From positions 32,001 to 96,000 of the forward strand of contig DASXQR010000152.1 of the NCBI GenBank assembly GCA_036507075.1: a stretch of 64,000 nt of DNA, given 5' to 3'. The first letter of the stretch is position 1. Every line of letters starts with the position of its first letter. This stretch comes from Acidobacteriota bacterium (lineage in GTDB: Bacteria > Acidobacteriota > UBA6911 > JACQSX01). A program made the translations under genes and the position numbers. Under the pieces are notes generated by a model that did not search any database, was not told the DNA's origin, and saw only the letters and a list, made by a program, of their open reading frames with translations. Below are positions 10,145-19,924 of this stretch, piece by piece.

Positions 10145-11695
10145 CAAACGCTTTTCACTGCGGAGGCCGGCAAAGACTGCGCGGGCGCGTTGGAAAAGCG
10201 AGAGCATAGCGGCGCGATGCGCGGGTTCGCGGAAGCCGCTCTCCTGCTTGTAGAATTCGATCTCGCGATCCATCCAGTCCAGGAAAAACCGCACATCCTC
10301 TTCCGGCGCGGGCGCGGGGTCTCCCAGGTCCAGATAAATGGGACTGCTGTGTGCGAAGCGAACGGTTTGATCCGGCACCTCGAAGCAGCGCGCCGAGATC
10401 CATCCCGATTTTTGCACAGGCAAATCAAACTCCAGAGTGTGCTTTTTCGACTCAACGGCTGCCGTGCGGATCACTTTCCCGTCCTGCACTATGTCGAGTT
10501 GCTGCAGCCGGCCGGCTGACAGGGACTCTGCGCGCACGCGAACCTTTCTCCCTTTGCGGTCAAGCTTCAGCGTCGATCCCGGCTGCCGCCCGTCAACCGT
10601 GAAAAAAAGCATCGGGCCGTTGGTGCCAAAACTGCGCCCCGCCTTCAGGGAAGCAAACCAGCTCGCATAACTGAACGGCTCCTGCAGGCTCACATATACA
10701 CGGTTATAACCAAGCGGTGAAGCCTTCACACCCGAAGCGCTGCCCGCGGAAACGGGTAGACGAAAGCCACAATTGAGGAAATGGTAGTAAACTTCCATGC
10801 TCCAAAAAGGCATTCCCTGCGGCGTGTTGAATTCCGTCCGCCACTTGGGAATCATTCCCCAGCGATCCGTTTCCAGTTCAACTCCGTTGCGATTGAAGTG
10901 ATTGTGGACGATTCCGGCAAAGTCGACATGCCCGAGAGCCACCAGCGCCGCCGTGTCGCGCCAGGTGATTTTCTCCGCGTCGACGTATCCACCCTGGGCA
11001 TGTGCCTGCGTGCAGTAAACGTCGTCGGGCGGATAAAACCGGTAACCGTCGAACAATATGGGCGCGCGCAAGCCCAAAAGGTCCACTGCACCGGGGCCGC
11101 GCTCCAGCCTCTCGACTTCTTTGTCAAGGACGCTGTAGCTGTGAAACGGATCCACCTGGCGTATCGGATTAGAAGTCTGCGGCGGCGTTGAGCGCGGTCG
11201 ATCTTCCCAGATCCAGTCAGCCAGCGTCGGCGCCAGATTCAGGTCTTCGGCCGCCAGCAGTGCGGGCATCTCGTCCGGCTTGCGATGGTTGTGCAGATCG
11301 GCGGAGAACCAGCCGAGCCGGTTCATGTCAATCCATCGCTGCAGGCGCGCGGTCACATTCTGCCCCTGTCCCGCCGCCACGGCGACTGGAGAAGTCCAGG
11401 GCAGGAACTCCGGACCCCGCTCAATGCGAAGCGTGTAGCGCCCGCCCGGCAATGTCAGTTGGGCGCTGCCGCTGACGATGAAGTGGTGTTCGGCATTTTT
11501 GTCATACCGGATCGCATCGGCGGGATAAAAGCTTGCGCCACTCTCGTCGACCAGATACGCGCGGGCCGCAGCAGGCGCGCCTGAGCGGGCATCCAGAATT
11601 TCGATTTTCAGCCGGCCTGTCTGAGAGTCCGTTTTCTGATTAAATCCGAGAAAAGACACCGCGCACAGGGTCAGCGCCAGTTTGCTTAATCGCAT
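10127..11695 (-). CDS. CehA/McbA-family metallohydrolase, secreted
   Basis: ERGPEF, GWFSADLHNH, LNCGFRLPVSAGS, GRSFGTNGP, FAHSSPIY. Confidence 0.85.
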   Translation of the reverse strand: MRLSKLALTLCAVSFLGFNQKTDSQTGRLKIEILDARSGAPAAARAYLVDESGASFYPADAIRYDKNAEHHFIVSGSAQLTLPGGRYTLRIERGPEFLPWTSPVAVAAGQGQNVTARLQRWIDMNRLGWFSADLHNHRKPDEMPALLAAEDLNLAPTLADWIWEDRPRSTPPQTSNPIRQVDPFHSYSVLDKEVERLERGPGAVDLLGLRAPILFDGYRFYPPDDVYCTQAHAQGGYVDAEKITWRDTAALVALGHVDFAGIVHNHFNRNGVELETDRWGMIPKWRTEFNTPQGMPFWSMEVYYHFLNCGFRLPVSAGSASGVKASPLGYNRVYVSLQEPFSYASWFASLKAGRSFGTNGPMLFFTVDGRQPGSTLKLDRKGRKVRVRAESLSAGRLQQLDIVQDGKVIRTAAVESKKHTLEFDLPVQKSGWISARCFEVPDQTVRFAHSSPIYLDLGDPAPAPEEDVRFFLDWMDREIEFYKQESGFREPAHRAAMLSLFQRARAVFAGLRSEKRLNRKER

Positions 11696-11766
11696 AAATT
11701 CGCGTCTGGATTTCTCAGTCCGGCAGTCTCTCAGTCCCTCAGTCCCTCAATCCCTCAATCCCTATT

Positions 11767-12582
11767 TCATTTCTCAACAACCGGTTTTGAAAACAGGTCG
11801 TCGCTCAGGGGCGGGGAAGGATTGTAAATGATCTCGTCCATGAAAAGCTGCGATGAAGCCTGGCCGTCGGTGAAATTGTCCAGGCGCATCGATGTCAGAA
11901 TGCCTCCCTTCGGATGCCACTGGTAGAACTCGGTCGCTTCCTTGTGCTTGTTTCCGCGCGCATCCATGCTGGTATATTCCATGCGCGACGGCAGATGCGT
12001 CTTGACATCGAAATAAATGATCACGCTGTCGTTCTCGGCGTCGATCATTTCCACTGCTTCCGAGTCGTCCTTGGATGACAATTCTCCCGGTCCGTAATAA
12101 AAGAAAGACATGCCCGGTTCTTTGAGTCTGTCCCGCAGCAGGTTGTCGATGCTGTGCTTGACGGTTTCGTGAAATTGCTTTACTTCTTCTGGCTTGGCTT
12201 CCTTGATCACCGACTTCCCTTCCATGTGCCAGCCCGAATTCGTGGCAAGGTTGAAAATGGTGACCTCCTTGTTTTTTCCTTCGCCAAGCTGGAAGCGAGA
12301 CTTGTCGGGGAGTCGCGTGAAATCAAAATACTTCCAGTGCCCCGCAGTCTGGCCGTCTTTGAAGATGAAATAGTTCCCGCGGCTGCGCATCTCTTTTACC
12401 TGCCGGAACTGATTGCCGCCCATAGCGTCGATCGATTTTTCGATTATCGCGAGAGCTTTCTGGCGGGCTTTTTCCTTGTCGGATAGCTTTTCGCTGGATT
12501 GCGCGGGTAGAGAAGTGAAAAGCGTGATCACCACAGAGGCACAGAGGACACAGAGTCGAATGGCGTTGAGTCGATTACGCAT
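11767..12582 (-). CDS. Secreted hypothetical protein (LolA/lipoprotein-sorting-like fold)
   Basis: Signal peptide; SIDAMGG and YFDVKTHLP motifs. Confidence 0.65.
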   Translation of the reverse strand: MRNRLNAIRLCVLCASVVITLFTSLPAQSSEKLSDKEKARQKALAIIEKSIDAMGGNQFRQVKEMRSRGNYFIFKDGQTAGHWKYFDFTRLPDKSRFQLGEGKNKEVTIFNLATNSGWHMEGKSVIKEAKPEEVKQFHETVKHSIDNLLRDRLKEPGMSFFYYGPGELSSKDDSEAVEMIDAENDSVIIYFDVKTHLPSRMEYTSMDARGNKHKEATEFYQWHPKGGILTSMRLDNFTDGQASSQLFMDEIIYNPSPPLSDDLFSKPVVEK

Positions 12583-12589
12583 TGTTCAA

Positions 12590-13621
12590 TCAATCTCCGA
12601 TGTAGCGGGCGTAAAGTGTTTTGGCGGTTCCGGGATCGCTTGTTCCTTTTACAATCGCGCGGCCGTCGGGAAATACCGTAAGTTCATGCGGCGAGATTCC
12701 AAACCTCAGCAGGTAATTCGATACCCGGACGGGCCCGAGGGACCGCAGGCGCTGCTCCAGCAGATTCAAATCGAGCCGCTGTTTTTGCCGCGGCACAATT
12801 TGCACCGAGTCCCTTCCACACAGCATGGTCGCCGTGGTTTCCTCTCTACCCTGCAGGAACTCGAATTTCCGCCGGCCGCAGCAGGCGCAGTCCGGGTCTG
12901 CATCCGAATATCTGACTTCCTGAAACCGATTGGACCAGGCGTCAAACGTGAGTAATGCGCGTCGAACCTGCAGGCGTGCCCCTGACACGATTTTCAGCGC
13001 TTCGGTGACTTGAATCGAAGCCACCCATTTGGGAACGGACGTGACAATTCCCGCCGTGTCACAGGTGGGTCCTTCGCCCGGCAGCGGTGCTTTCGGAAAG
13101 AGGCAGCGCAGACAAAGCGTCTCGCCCGGGAGGAACGAAGCGGTGGCGCCGGTCGCGGCCACACACGCGCCGTAGATCCAGGGCGTGTTCAGCTTTACCG
13201 AGCAGTCGTTAATCAGATAACGGGCCTGGAAATTGTCGGTGCCGTCCAGCACCACATCTGCGCCCTCTACGAATTGTTCCGCATTGGATGAATTGAAATC
13301 CTCCACCTCGGCCTGAATGCGGCAGCTTGAATTGATTCTCTTCAGAGCGCTTTCCAATGCCACTGCCTTCGGCAGCGACTGGCGCGCGTCCTCTTCCGAA
13401 AAGAGCGTCTGCCGCTGGAGATTGCTCCATTCGACAAAATCGCGGTCCACCAGCTTCAATACTCCGACACCCGAGCGCGCCAGCATCTCGGCTTGCGCCG
13501 AGCCAAGCGCTCCGCAGCCGATGATCAGGGCCGTCGAGCGGCAAATGCGCGCCTGGCCTTCCTCTCCGATCCCGGCAAAAAAAACGTGCCGCGAATATCT
13601 TTCTGCGTCAAACGAGGGCAT
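12590..13621 (-). CDS. ThiF/MoeB family adenylyltransferase
   Basis: RYSRH, GCGALG, SNLQRQ, DGTDN, CxxC pairs. Confidence 0.9.
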   Translation of the reverse strand: MPSFDAERYSRHVFFAGIGEEGQARICRSTALIIGCGALGSAQAEMLARSGVGVLKLVDRDFVEWSNLQRQTLFSEEDARQSLPKAVALESALKRINSSCRIQAEVEDFNSSNAEQFVEGADVVLDGTDNFQARYLINDCSVKLNTPWIYGACVAATGATASFLPGETLCLRCLFPKAPLPGEGPTCDTAGIVTSVPKWVASIQVTEALKIVSGARLQVRRALLTFDAWSNRFQEVRYSDADPDCACCGRRKFEFLQGREETTATMLCGRDSVQIVPRQKQRLDLNLLEQRLRSLGPVRVSNYLLRFGISPHELTVFPDGRAIVKGTSDPGTAKTLYARYIGD

Positions 13622-13680
13622 CCCTCAATTGTAAGGCCAAGACGGTAAAATCTGAAAAAAACTCATGTTCCCTAGCTAGG

Positions 13681-13882
13681 CTCTCTGTGCAACAAGTTGG
13701 CAACTTCTTGTTTTTTCGACAAGATTTCAGAAAACATCCGGTCACGTCAACGTCGACGTTTATCGACTACGTGCACGTGCACGTGGCGGTCCCCGGCTCT
13801 TTCTTTGGTTGCGGCCTAAGGTCGAGCTGTGTCTTTGTGATGAAATTTTTTCCGACCACAAAGGCACAAAGGTCACGGAGAA
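13681..13882. mobile_element. Nested A>B>C repeat element (minus orientation)
   Basis: B ends AACAAGTTGGCAACTTCT and CTTTGGTTGCGGCC lie within an A arm; CACGTG hexamer tract inside. Confidence 0.65.
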
Positions 13883-13919
13883 CACCAATTTCCAGGGGTT
13901 TTTGCTATAATTGACCCCC

Positions 13920-16289
13920 ATGAAGAAGGCGCCGTCGGTGCAGGCGCGTCCGCTCCAAAAGGCTAAAGCGGGTCGGAGTCTTCCGATTCGAATCCTCCTC
14001 CTGAGCCTGGCAATTCTGGTAGTGGGATTTGCGTCTGTCGTTCTTTTTCTCTATTCCAAATACTCGATTCGCGTTGAGGCCAAGCTGCGCGAAGGGCTGC
14101 AGCAATACACGGCCGAAATTTACGCGCGCCCCTTTGTTCTCACCGCGGGTCATAATCTGAATTCCCCGCAGCTAGGCCGGCGCCTGGAAAGACTTGGATA
14201 TGTTCGCAGCTTGAGCCGCACTCCGCGAAATTTCCGCCTTACCGCCCTGGGAATCGAACTCATCAACCAGCGGGCTGAAACAATCGACGTTCAATTCAAG
14301 AACGGCAAAATAGAAAAACTGAACCGCGACTACAAACCCGTGGATCAGGTGGAGCTGGACCCGGAACGAATCTCCAGCCTTTCCGACTCTTCCGGCAAGA
14401 AGCGAAAGTTCGTGCCTTTTCAGGATATGCCCGAGGCGCTTGTCAAGGCGGTACTGGCGGCCGAGGATCGACGCTTCTTTGATCATTCCGGAGTGGATCT
14501 GTGGCGGCTGTTCAAAGCAGCCACTGTGGATCTGCGCAGCAGCGAGTACACCCAGGGCGCCAGCACGCTCACGCAGCAGTACGTGAAGAACACCTTCCTT
14601 ACTCCCGAGAAGAGGTTCAAGCGAAAATTCGAAGAGATCTGCATTTCTCTTATTCTGGAGACCCGCCTCACGAAGCGGCAGATCTTTGAACTTTACGCCA
14701 ATGAGATTTACCTGGGCCAGAGAGGTCCATACAGCATCACCGGTTTCGGCGAAGCGGCGGCCGTTTACTTTCACAAAAGCCTGCGCGAGCTGACATTGTC
14801 CGAAGCGGCATTCCTGGCGGGGATCCTGCCGGCGCCGAACCGCTTCAATCCTTATCGCAACGGGGAGAAGGCGCTCAAGCAGCGCAACCGTGTGCTGGAC
14901 GCAATGGAGGAGAACAGCTTTATCACCTTGAATGAGAAGCTGGCGGCCAAGAGTGAGACGCTGCGGTTTAAGCCCGAGATCACTTACGATTATCTGGAGG
15001 CGCCCTACTTCGTCAATTATGTCGAGTCCCGGCTGGCGGGCCGTTTCAGCCGCGAGGAACTGTATAAGAAGAGCTATCGAATCTACACTTCGCTGCATCC
15101 CGATTTGCAGCAAGCGGCGCATGAGGCGATTCAGGAAGTCGGTGCTGCTGTCGACAAGCTGGTGGCACGCAAAAAGAGCTCGGGAAAACCGCAAATGGCG
15201 CTGGTGGCCATCGATCCCCGCAGCGGGGAAATCCTGGCCATGGTCGGCGGAAGGAACTTTGGGCAGTCCCAGTACAATCGCGTAATTGAAGCACACCGCC
15301 AGCCCGGTTCGTCCTTCAAGCCCTTCGTATATGCTGCCGCTCTTGAAACGCCTTTCACAGATTCGATGATCAAGATTACCCCGGCCAAAACCTATGTGGA
15401 CGAGCCGGTGACGTTCACCTTTGGCAATCAGACATACACACCGAAAAGTTTGAGCGGCAAATACCTGGGCCTGGTGAACCTGCGTCAGGCCCTGATGCTC
15501 AGCCTGAACGTGCCGACCGTCGAACTGGCGCAGGAGATCGGCTACGATCAAGTGGTGAAGCTGGCGCGCAAATGCGGCTTTGACGAAAACGTCAAGCCTT
15601 ATCCTTCCATTGCGCTCGGAGCCTTTGAAGTCACCCCCCTCGAAATCGCCCAGGCATACTGCGTTTTTCCCAAGTTGGGAAGATTTCAGCGCGCGCACGG
15701 CATTTACCGCATTGAATCCAGCACCGGCGCCTACAAGGAGGATGTACCCCCCGCCGTACCGGTGATACATCCTGAAACGGCATATCTAGTGACATCCCTC
15801 ATGCAGTCGGTGCTCGATCGAGGAACCGGCGCCAGGGCGCGACAGCTTGGATTTGATCTGCCGGCGGCGGGCAAGACCGGCAGCAGCAACGACGGATGGT
15901 TCATTGGTTTCACGCCGGATCTGCTTTGCGCCACCTGGGTCGGCTTTGACGACAACCGCGATACCACCAACCTGCTGGGAGCCAACTCGGCGCTGCCGAT
16001 CTGGACTGCGTTCATGAAGCGCGCTAAAGAGGTGCTTCCCTTAAGCGGAGCCGGATTTCCCAGGCCTCAAAACATCGTCACGGTGGATATCGATCCCGAT
16101 ACGGGTCTGCTGGCAACGGCCGCCTGCGGCAAGGTGAGCGCGGAGAATTTCGTCGCGGGGACCGAACCGACAACCTTTTGCCAAGTCGACCACGCAACGC
16201 TCACTTTGACATCGGAGACAAAAACGACCGAGGCCGACAAAGAGAAAAAGCCGGGGATATTGAAAAAGCTGCTGGGAGTTTTCAATTAG
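13920..16289 (+). CDS. Class A penicillin-binding protein (PBP1b-like)
   Basis: EDRRF, GASTLTQQ, SSFK, SLN and KTG motifs. Confidence 0.93.
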   Translation: MKKAPSVQARPLQKAKAGRSLPIRILLLSLAILVVGFASVVLFLYSKYSIRVEAKLREGLQQYTAEIYARPFVLTAGHNLNSPQLGRRLERLGYVRSLSRTPRNFRLTALGIELINQRAETIDVQFKNGKIEKLNRDYKPVDQVELDPERISSLSDSSGKKRKFVPFQDMPEALVKAVLAAEDRRFFDHSGVDLWRLFKAATVDLRSSEYTQGASTLTQQYVKNTFLTPEKRFKRKFEEICISLILETRLTKRQIFELYANEIYLGQRGPYSITGFGEAAAVYFHKSLRELTLSEAAFLAGILPAPNRFNPYRNGEKALKQRNRVLDAMEENSFITLNEKLAAKSETLRFKPEITYDYLEAPYFVNYVESRLAGRFSREELYKKSYRIYTSLHPDLQQAAHEAIQEVGAAVDKLVARKKSSGKPQMALVAIDPRSGEILAMVGGRNFGQSQYNRVIEAHRQPGSSFKPFVYAAALETPFTDSMIKITPAKTYVDEPVTFTFGNQTYTPKSLSGKYLGLVNLRQALMLSLNVPTVELAQEIGYDQVVKLARKCGFDENVKPYPSIALGAFEVTPLEIAQAYCVFPKLGRFQRAHGIYRIESSTGAYKEDVPPAVPVIHPETAYLVTSLMQSVLDRGTGARARQLGFDLPAAGKTGSSNDGWFIGFTPDLLCATWVGFDDNRDTTNLLGANSALPIWTAFMKRAKEVLPLSGAGFPRPQNIVTVDIDPDTGLLATAACGKVSAENFVAGTEPTTFCQVDHATLTLTSETKTTEADKEKKPGILKKLLGVFN

Positions 16290-16314
16290 ACACTCCGGCA
16301 GCCACGATCAAGAG

Positions 16315-16439
16315 AAAAGCCGTCTACGTCCACGTGCACGACCACGTCAACGTCCACGACAACATTCATAAGTAACGTCGTTTGTCGGTCGTCAACGTAG
16401 ACGTGGACGTTGACGTGGTCGTGCACGTAGACGGCTTTT
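16315..16439. repeat. Family C hexamer-based hairpin element
   Basis: AAAAGCCGTCTACG..CACGTC units ... GACGTG units..CGTAGACGGCTTTT. Confidence 0.8.
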
Positions 16440-16476
16440 TTTACTCACGGCTTCGCGGCTTTATCTTGTAGTCCGA

Positions 16477-17196
16477 TTACTCGGCGTTCAGCACCTGAAT
16501 CGCATCGGCCACTGAAACTTTTCCTTCGTAAATAGCTTTTCCCACGATTACCCCGTCCAACCGGGGCAGCTCTGTCGCCAGAAGGCGCAGATCATCCAGC
16601 GAGGAAATTCCACCCGACGCGATTACGCTGAACTCCGCCTGCACGACTTCTCTCAATAAACTCAGATTGGGGCCGGAGAGCATGCCGTCGCGGGCTATGT
16701 CCGTTACAATCACTCTTTGGAGCGCAGCCTCACGCAATGCATCGAGAAAGGCCGTGACAGTGACCCCGCTGTCTTCCGTCCAGCCTGCCACTCGCACCGT
16801 GCCATCCTGGGTATCAATCCCGACTGCCAGCCTTTCGGAAAACTCATTGCCCCATTGGCGCAGCAGTTCCGGGTTGAGGGCGGCCGTGCCTGCAACGCAG
16901 CGGGCGACACCGTAGCGAAAAGCCTTGCGCAGCGCGTCCGACGTCCGAAGCCCGCCGCCCATTTGGATCTGCGCTCCGGAAACCGCCGCGATTTCTCGAA
17001 TGACGGGGAGGTTGACCTGCACGCCGGTAAAGGCGCCGTTCAGGTCGACCACATGAATCCAGCGCGCGCCCGCAGCCGCGAACTGCCGGGCGATCTGCAG
17101 CGGTTGCTCCGAGTAGACGGTGACATCCCGAGGGTCGCCCCTGCGCAACCGCACACATTTGCCATCGAGCAAATCAATCGCCGGGTAAAGCTGCAT
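16477..17196 (-). CDS. hisA: ProFAR isomerase
   Basis: PAIDLLDGKCVRL, HVVDLNGA, TDIARDGMLSGPN. Confidence 0.95.
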   Translation of the reverse strand: MQLYPAIDLLDGKCVRLRRGDPRDVTVYSEQPLQIARQFAAAGARWIHVVDLNGAFTGVQVNLPVIREIAAVSGAQIQMGGGLRTSDALRKAFRYGVARCVAGTAALNPELLRQWGNEFSERLAVGIDTQDGTVRVAGWTEDSGVTVTAFLDALREAALQRVIVTDIARDGMLSGPNLSLLREVVQAEFSVIASGGISSLDDLRLLATELPRLDGVIVGKAIYEGKVSVADAIQVLNAE

Positions 17197-17212
17197 CAGT
17201 TCAAAAAACTTG

Positions 17213-17369
17213 AACCGCCAAGAACGCAAAGAGCGCCAAGAATATCGGGCATCATTTGCCGTAAAGCTGGAGTTTCCAGCGATCGTTACCCAATCGCGGG
17301 GGAGTAATCCAAACTATCACTGCAGCACCACATCAAACACTCTTTGCGTGCTTGGCGCTCTTGGCGGTT
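17213..17369. repeat. Family D inverted-repeat element between hisH and hisA
   Basis: AACCGCCAAGAACGC ... GCGCTCTTGGCGGTT. Confidence 0.75.
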
Positions 17370-17372
17370 CCC

Positions 17373-17978
17373 TCAAAGTTTCACGAAGTTGGCCAGGAAG
17401 GTCAGGCCCGGCTGCTGGCTCTTTTCCGGGTGGCACTGCAGGCCGTAGATATTCTCGTGCCGGATCACGGAGGGAAATTCTTCCCCATATTCGGTAACAC
17501 CCAGGACGTCCTCTGATTTCTGCGGACGGCAGACGTAAGAGTGCACAAAATAGAAATAGGATTGCGAAGGGATGTTCTCAGTCAATTTCTCCCGCCGCGT
17601 CCACTCGATTTGATTCCAGCCGATGTGAGGAACCGGCAAATCGGCCTGCATTTTTTCCACGTTCCCCGGAACCAAACCCAGGCCGTTTTCAAAACCGAAT
17701 TCATTTCCCTCATCGAACAGAAGCTGCATTCCCAGGCACAATCCCAACAGCGGCTTACCTTCATGCGCATGGTCTTTGAGCGCCCCGATCAGGTCCAGTT
17801 TGCGAAGATTCTCCATTCCCTGCCGAAACGAGCCTACTCCAGGAAGGACGACACGGCCCGCCCGTTCCACATCTTCCCTGCTGCTGGAAATCCGCACCTG
17901 CTCGCCCACGGCGTCAAAAGCGCGCCGCACGGAACCGAGGTTGCAGATCTGATAATCCACCACTACCGTGCTGATCAC
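17373..17978 (-). CDS. hisH: Imidazole glycerol phosphate synthase glutaminase subunit
   Basis: LPGVG, GLCLGMQ, PHIGWN, YFVHSY, HPEKS. Confidence 0.95.
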   Translation of the reverse strand: MISTVVVDYQICNLGSVRRAFDAVGEQVRISSSREDVERAGRVVLPGVGSFRQGMENLRKLDLIGALKDHAHEGKPLLGLCLGMQLLFDEGNEFGFENGLGLVPGNVEKMQADLPVPHIGWNQIEWTRREKLTENIPSQSYFYFVHSYVCRPQKSEDVLGVTEYGEEFPSVIRHENIYGLQCHPEKSQQPGLTFLANFVKL

Positions 17979-18562
17979 AATTCTCCTTTGGTGGAAGGCA
18001 CTCTGTCGTCACCGGGCGTTTGCGCGACAGCGCTACCCAGCGCCCGTGCCGCTGCTTTGAAAATCGCCTCCGAAACATGATGCAGATTCGTTCCGTAGAG
18101 TACCTCCACGTGCAGGTTCATCTTCCCATTGACGCAAAACGATCGCCAGAACTCCTCCACCAGTTCAAAGGGCATGTCTCCCATGCGGCCGTCACGCCGC
18201 GGAACTCGATATTCAAAATGAGCGCGGCCCGAAAGGTCCACTACCACTCGCGCAAGCGCGTCGTCCATGGGGGCGTAGAAAAAGCCGTAGCGTGCAATTC
18301 CTCTCTTTTCACCCAGCGCCTGAACTAACGCCTGTCCCAGGCAGATGCCGGTATCTTCAATCGAATGGTGCGGATCGATGTGAAGGTCGCCTTTACAGCT
18401 AACCTGCAGATCGAATCCCCCATGACGTCCAAACAACTCGAGCATGTGATCGAAAAACCCGATTCCAGTCTCGATGGCGCAGTCGCCGCGGCCGTCCAGA
18501 TTCAGATCGACCTTAACATCGGTTTCGCGGGTGTTACGCGTTATTGTTGAAGATCGGCTCAT
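17975..18562 (-). CDS. hisB: Imidazoleglycerol-phosphate dehydratase
   Basis: RNTRET, FFDHML, DPHHSIED, PSTKG. Confidence 0.96.
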   Translation of the reverse strand: MSRSSTITRNTRETDVKVDLNLDGRGDCAIETGIGFFDHMLELFGRHGGFDLQVSCKGDLHIDPHHSIEDTGICLGQALVQALGEKRGIARYGFFYAPMDDALARVVVDLSGRAHFEYRVPRRDGRMGDMPFELVEEFWRSFCVNGKMNLHVEVLYGTNLHHVSEAIFKAAARALGSAVAQTPGDDRVPSTKGEL

Positions 18563-19635
18563 ATTACTGTTTCTTTCAGCGCCCGCAGAAACTCCAGATT
18601 TTCGTGCGGAAGCCCCACACTCACGCGCAGGCAGTTTTCCAGGCCCTTGGCGCCGGAAACATCACGGATCAGAATTCCCTGACTGCGCAACTGTGAGAAA
18701 ACCCGGGCCGCGTCGCGGACACGAAACAGCAAGAAATTTGCCTCCGACGGGAAGACTTCCACTCCTTTGATCTCGCGCATGTTTTCAAACAACCGTCGAC
18801 GCTCCCGTATCAGCTCCTGGATCGGCTCCAGGCTGCAGTGCATGTGGTCCAGGATGGCTTCCGCCGCCGTGAGCGTGACGAAGTTAATATTGTAAGGAAG
18901 CTTTATCTTTTCCAGTTGCGTCACTACTTCAGGGTGCGCGAGCACATAACCCATGCGCAGTCCCGCAGCGGCGAGTGCCTTGGAGAAAGTTCGAGTGATG
19001 ATCAGGTTGGGATACTGGCTCAGGAACTCAGTGGCGTGAAACTCGCAGAACTCGTGATACGCCTGATCCAGAATCACCACGCCGTCGGTCAAGTCCAGAA
19101 CGTCCCGCAGAGTTTCGCGATCCATCACCGTGCCGGTAGGATTGTTCGGAGTGCAGAAGATCATGGCATCCGGCCGCTCCTGCTCGATGGCCTCAAGCAA
19201 GGCATTTCTGGGAAATGAGGAGAAGTCGTCAAAGGGCACCTCGATCAGCGTCGCGCCGTTGCTCAATCCCAGAATGCGGTACAGCGCAAATGTGGGAGGC
19301 ACGATCAGCAGTTTTTTTCCACGATCCAGAAACAGATGCAGCAGATTCTGAAGCAATTCATTGGAACCGTTTCCTACCGTGACACCCTGCGGAATCCAGC
19401 CGCTGTGATTGGCCAGTTTCTTGCACAAGCGCGTCGCCTTGAAATCCGGATAACGGCTCCAGGGGTGATCCATCAACTGCCGCGCCACCAGACCCTTGAG
19501 GAACAAGGGTGGGTCGTACGGATTCTCGTTCTGGTTCAGCTTGATCTGCGCTTCACAGGGCTTGAGATCGTAGGCTTTGATCTTCAGAATTTCAGGTTTA
19601 ACTTTCGTCAACGGATCCTTGCTCATTCCAGCCAC
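18559..19635 (-). CDS. hisC: Histidinol-phosphate aminotransferase
   Basis: LNQNENP, NGSNE, PNNPTG, RTFSKA; the start may be ATG 19626. Confidence 0.94.
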   Translation of the reverse strand: MAGMSKDPLTKVKPEILKIKAYDLKPCEAQIKLNQNENPYDPPLFLKGLVARQLMDHPWSRYPDFKATRLCKKLANHSGWIPQGVTVGNGSNELLQNLLHLFLDRGKKLLIVPPTFALYRILGLSNGATLIEVPFDDFSSFPRNALLEAIEQERPDAMIFCTPNNPTGTVMDRETLRDVLDLTDGVVILDQAYHEFCEFHATEFLSQYPNLIITRTFSKALAAAGLRMGYVLAHPEVVTQLEKIKLPYNINFVTLTAAEAILDHMHCSLEPIQELIRERRRLFENMREIKGVEVFPSEANFLLFRVRDAARVFSQLRSQGILIRDVSGAKGLENCLRVSVGLPHENLEFLRALKETVI

Positions 19636-19720
19636 CGGAAAAGATGCATTAAATTCTAAATTACCGGCGGCGGGAATTCATGATCAAATTCGCCGGCTAG
19701 CCAGGATTATCCAAAAACTT

Positions 19721-19892
19721 AACCGCCAAGAACGCCAAGAACTCTAAGCATAGCGCAATGGACGGGGCTGAAGCTTGAAGTATGAAGGGCCATCAAAGCC
19801 GCGTTAAAACGTCAGGCGGGAAACCCTTCATACTTCAAGCTTCAGCCCCGTCCATTGCGCTGTTCTTGGCGTTCTTGACGTTCTTCGCGGTT
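19721..19892. repeat. Family D element enclosing a perfect 38-bp inverted repeat
   Basis: 19752-19789 is the exact reverse complement of 19824-19861. Confidence 0.85.
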
Positions 19893-19924
19893 AGATATTC
19901 TTGAATAATCCGGGCTAATCGCCG

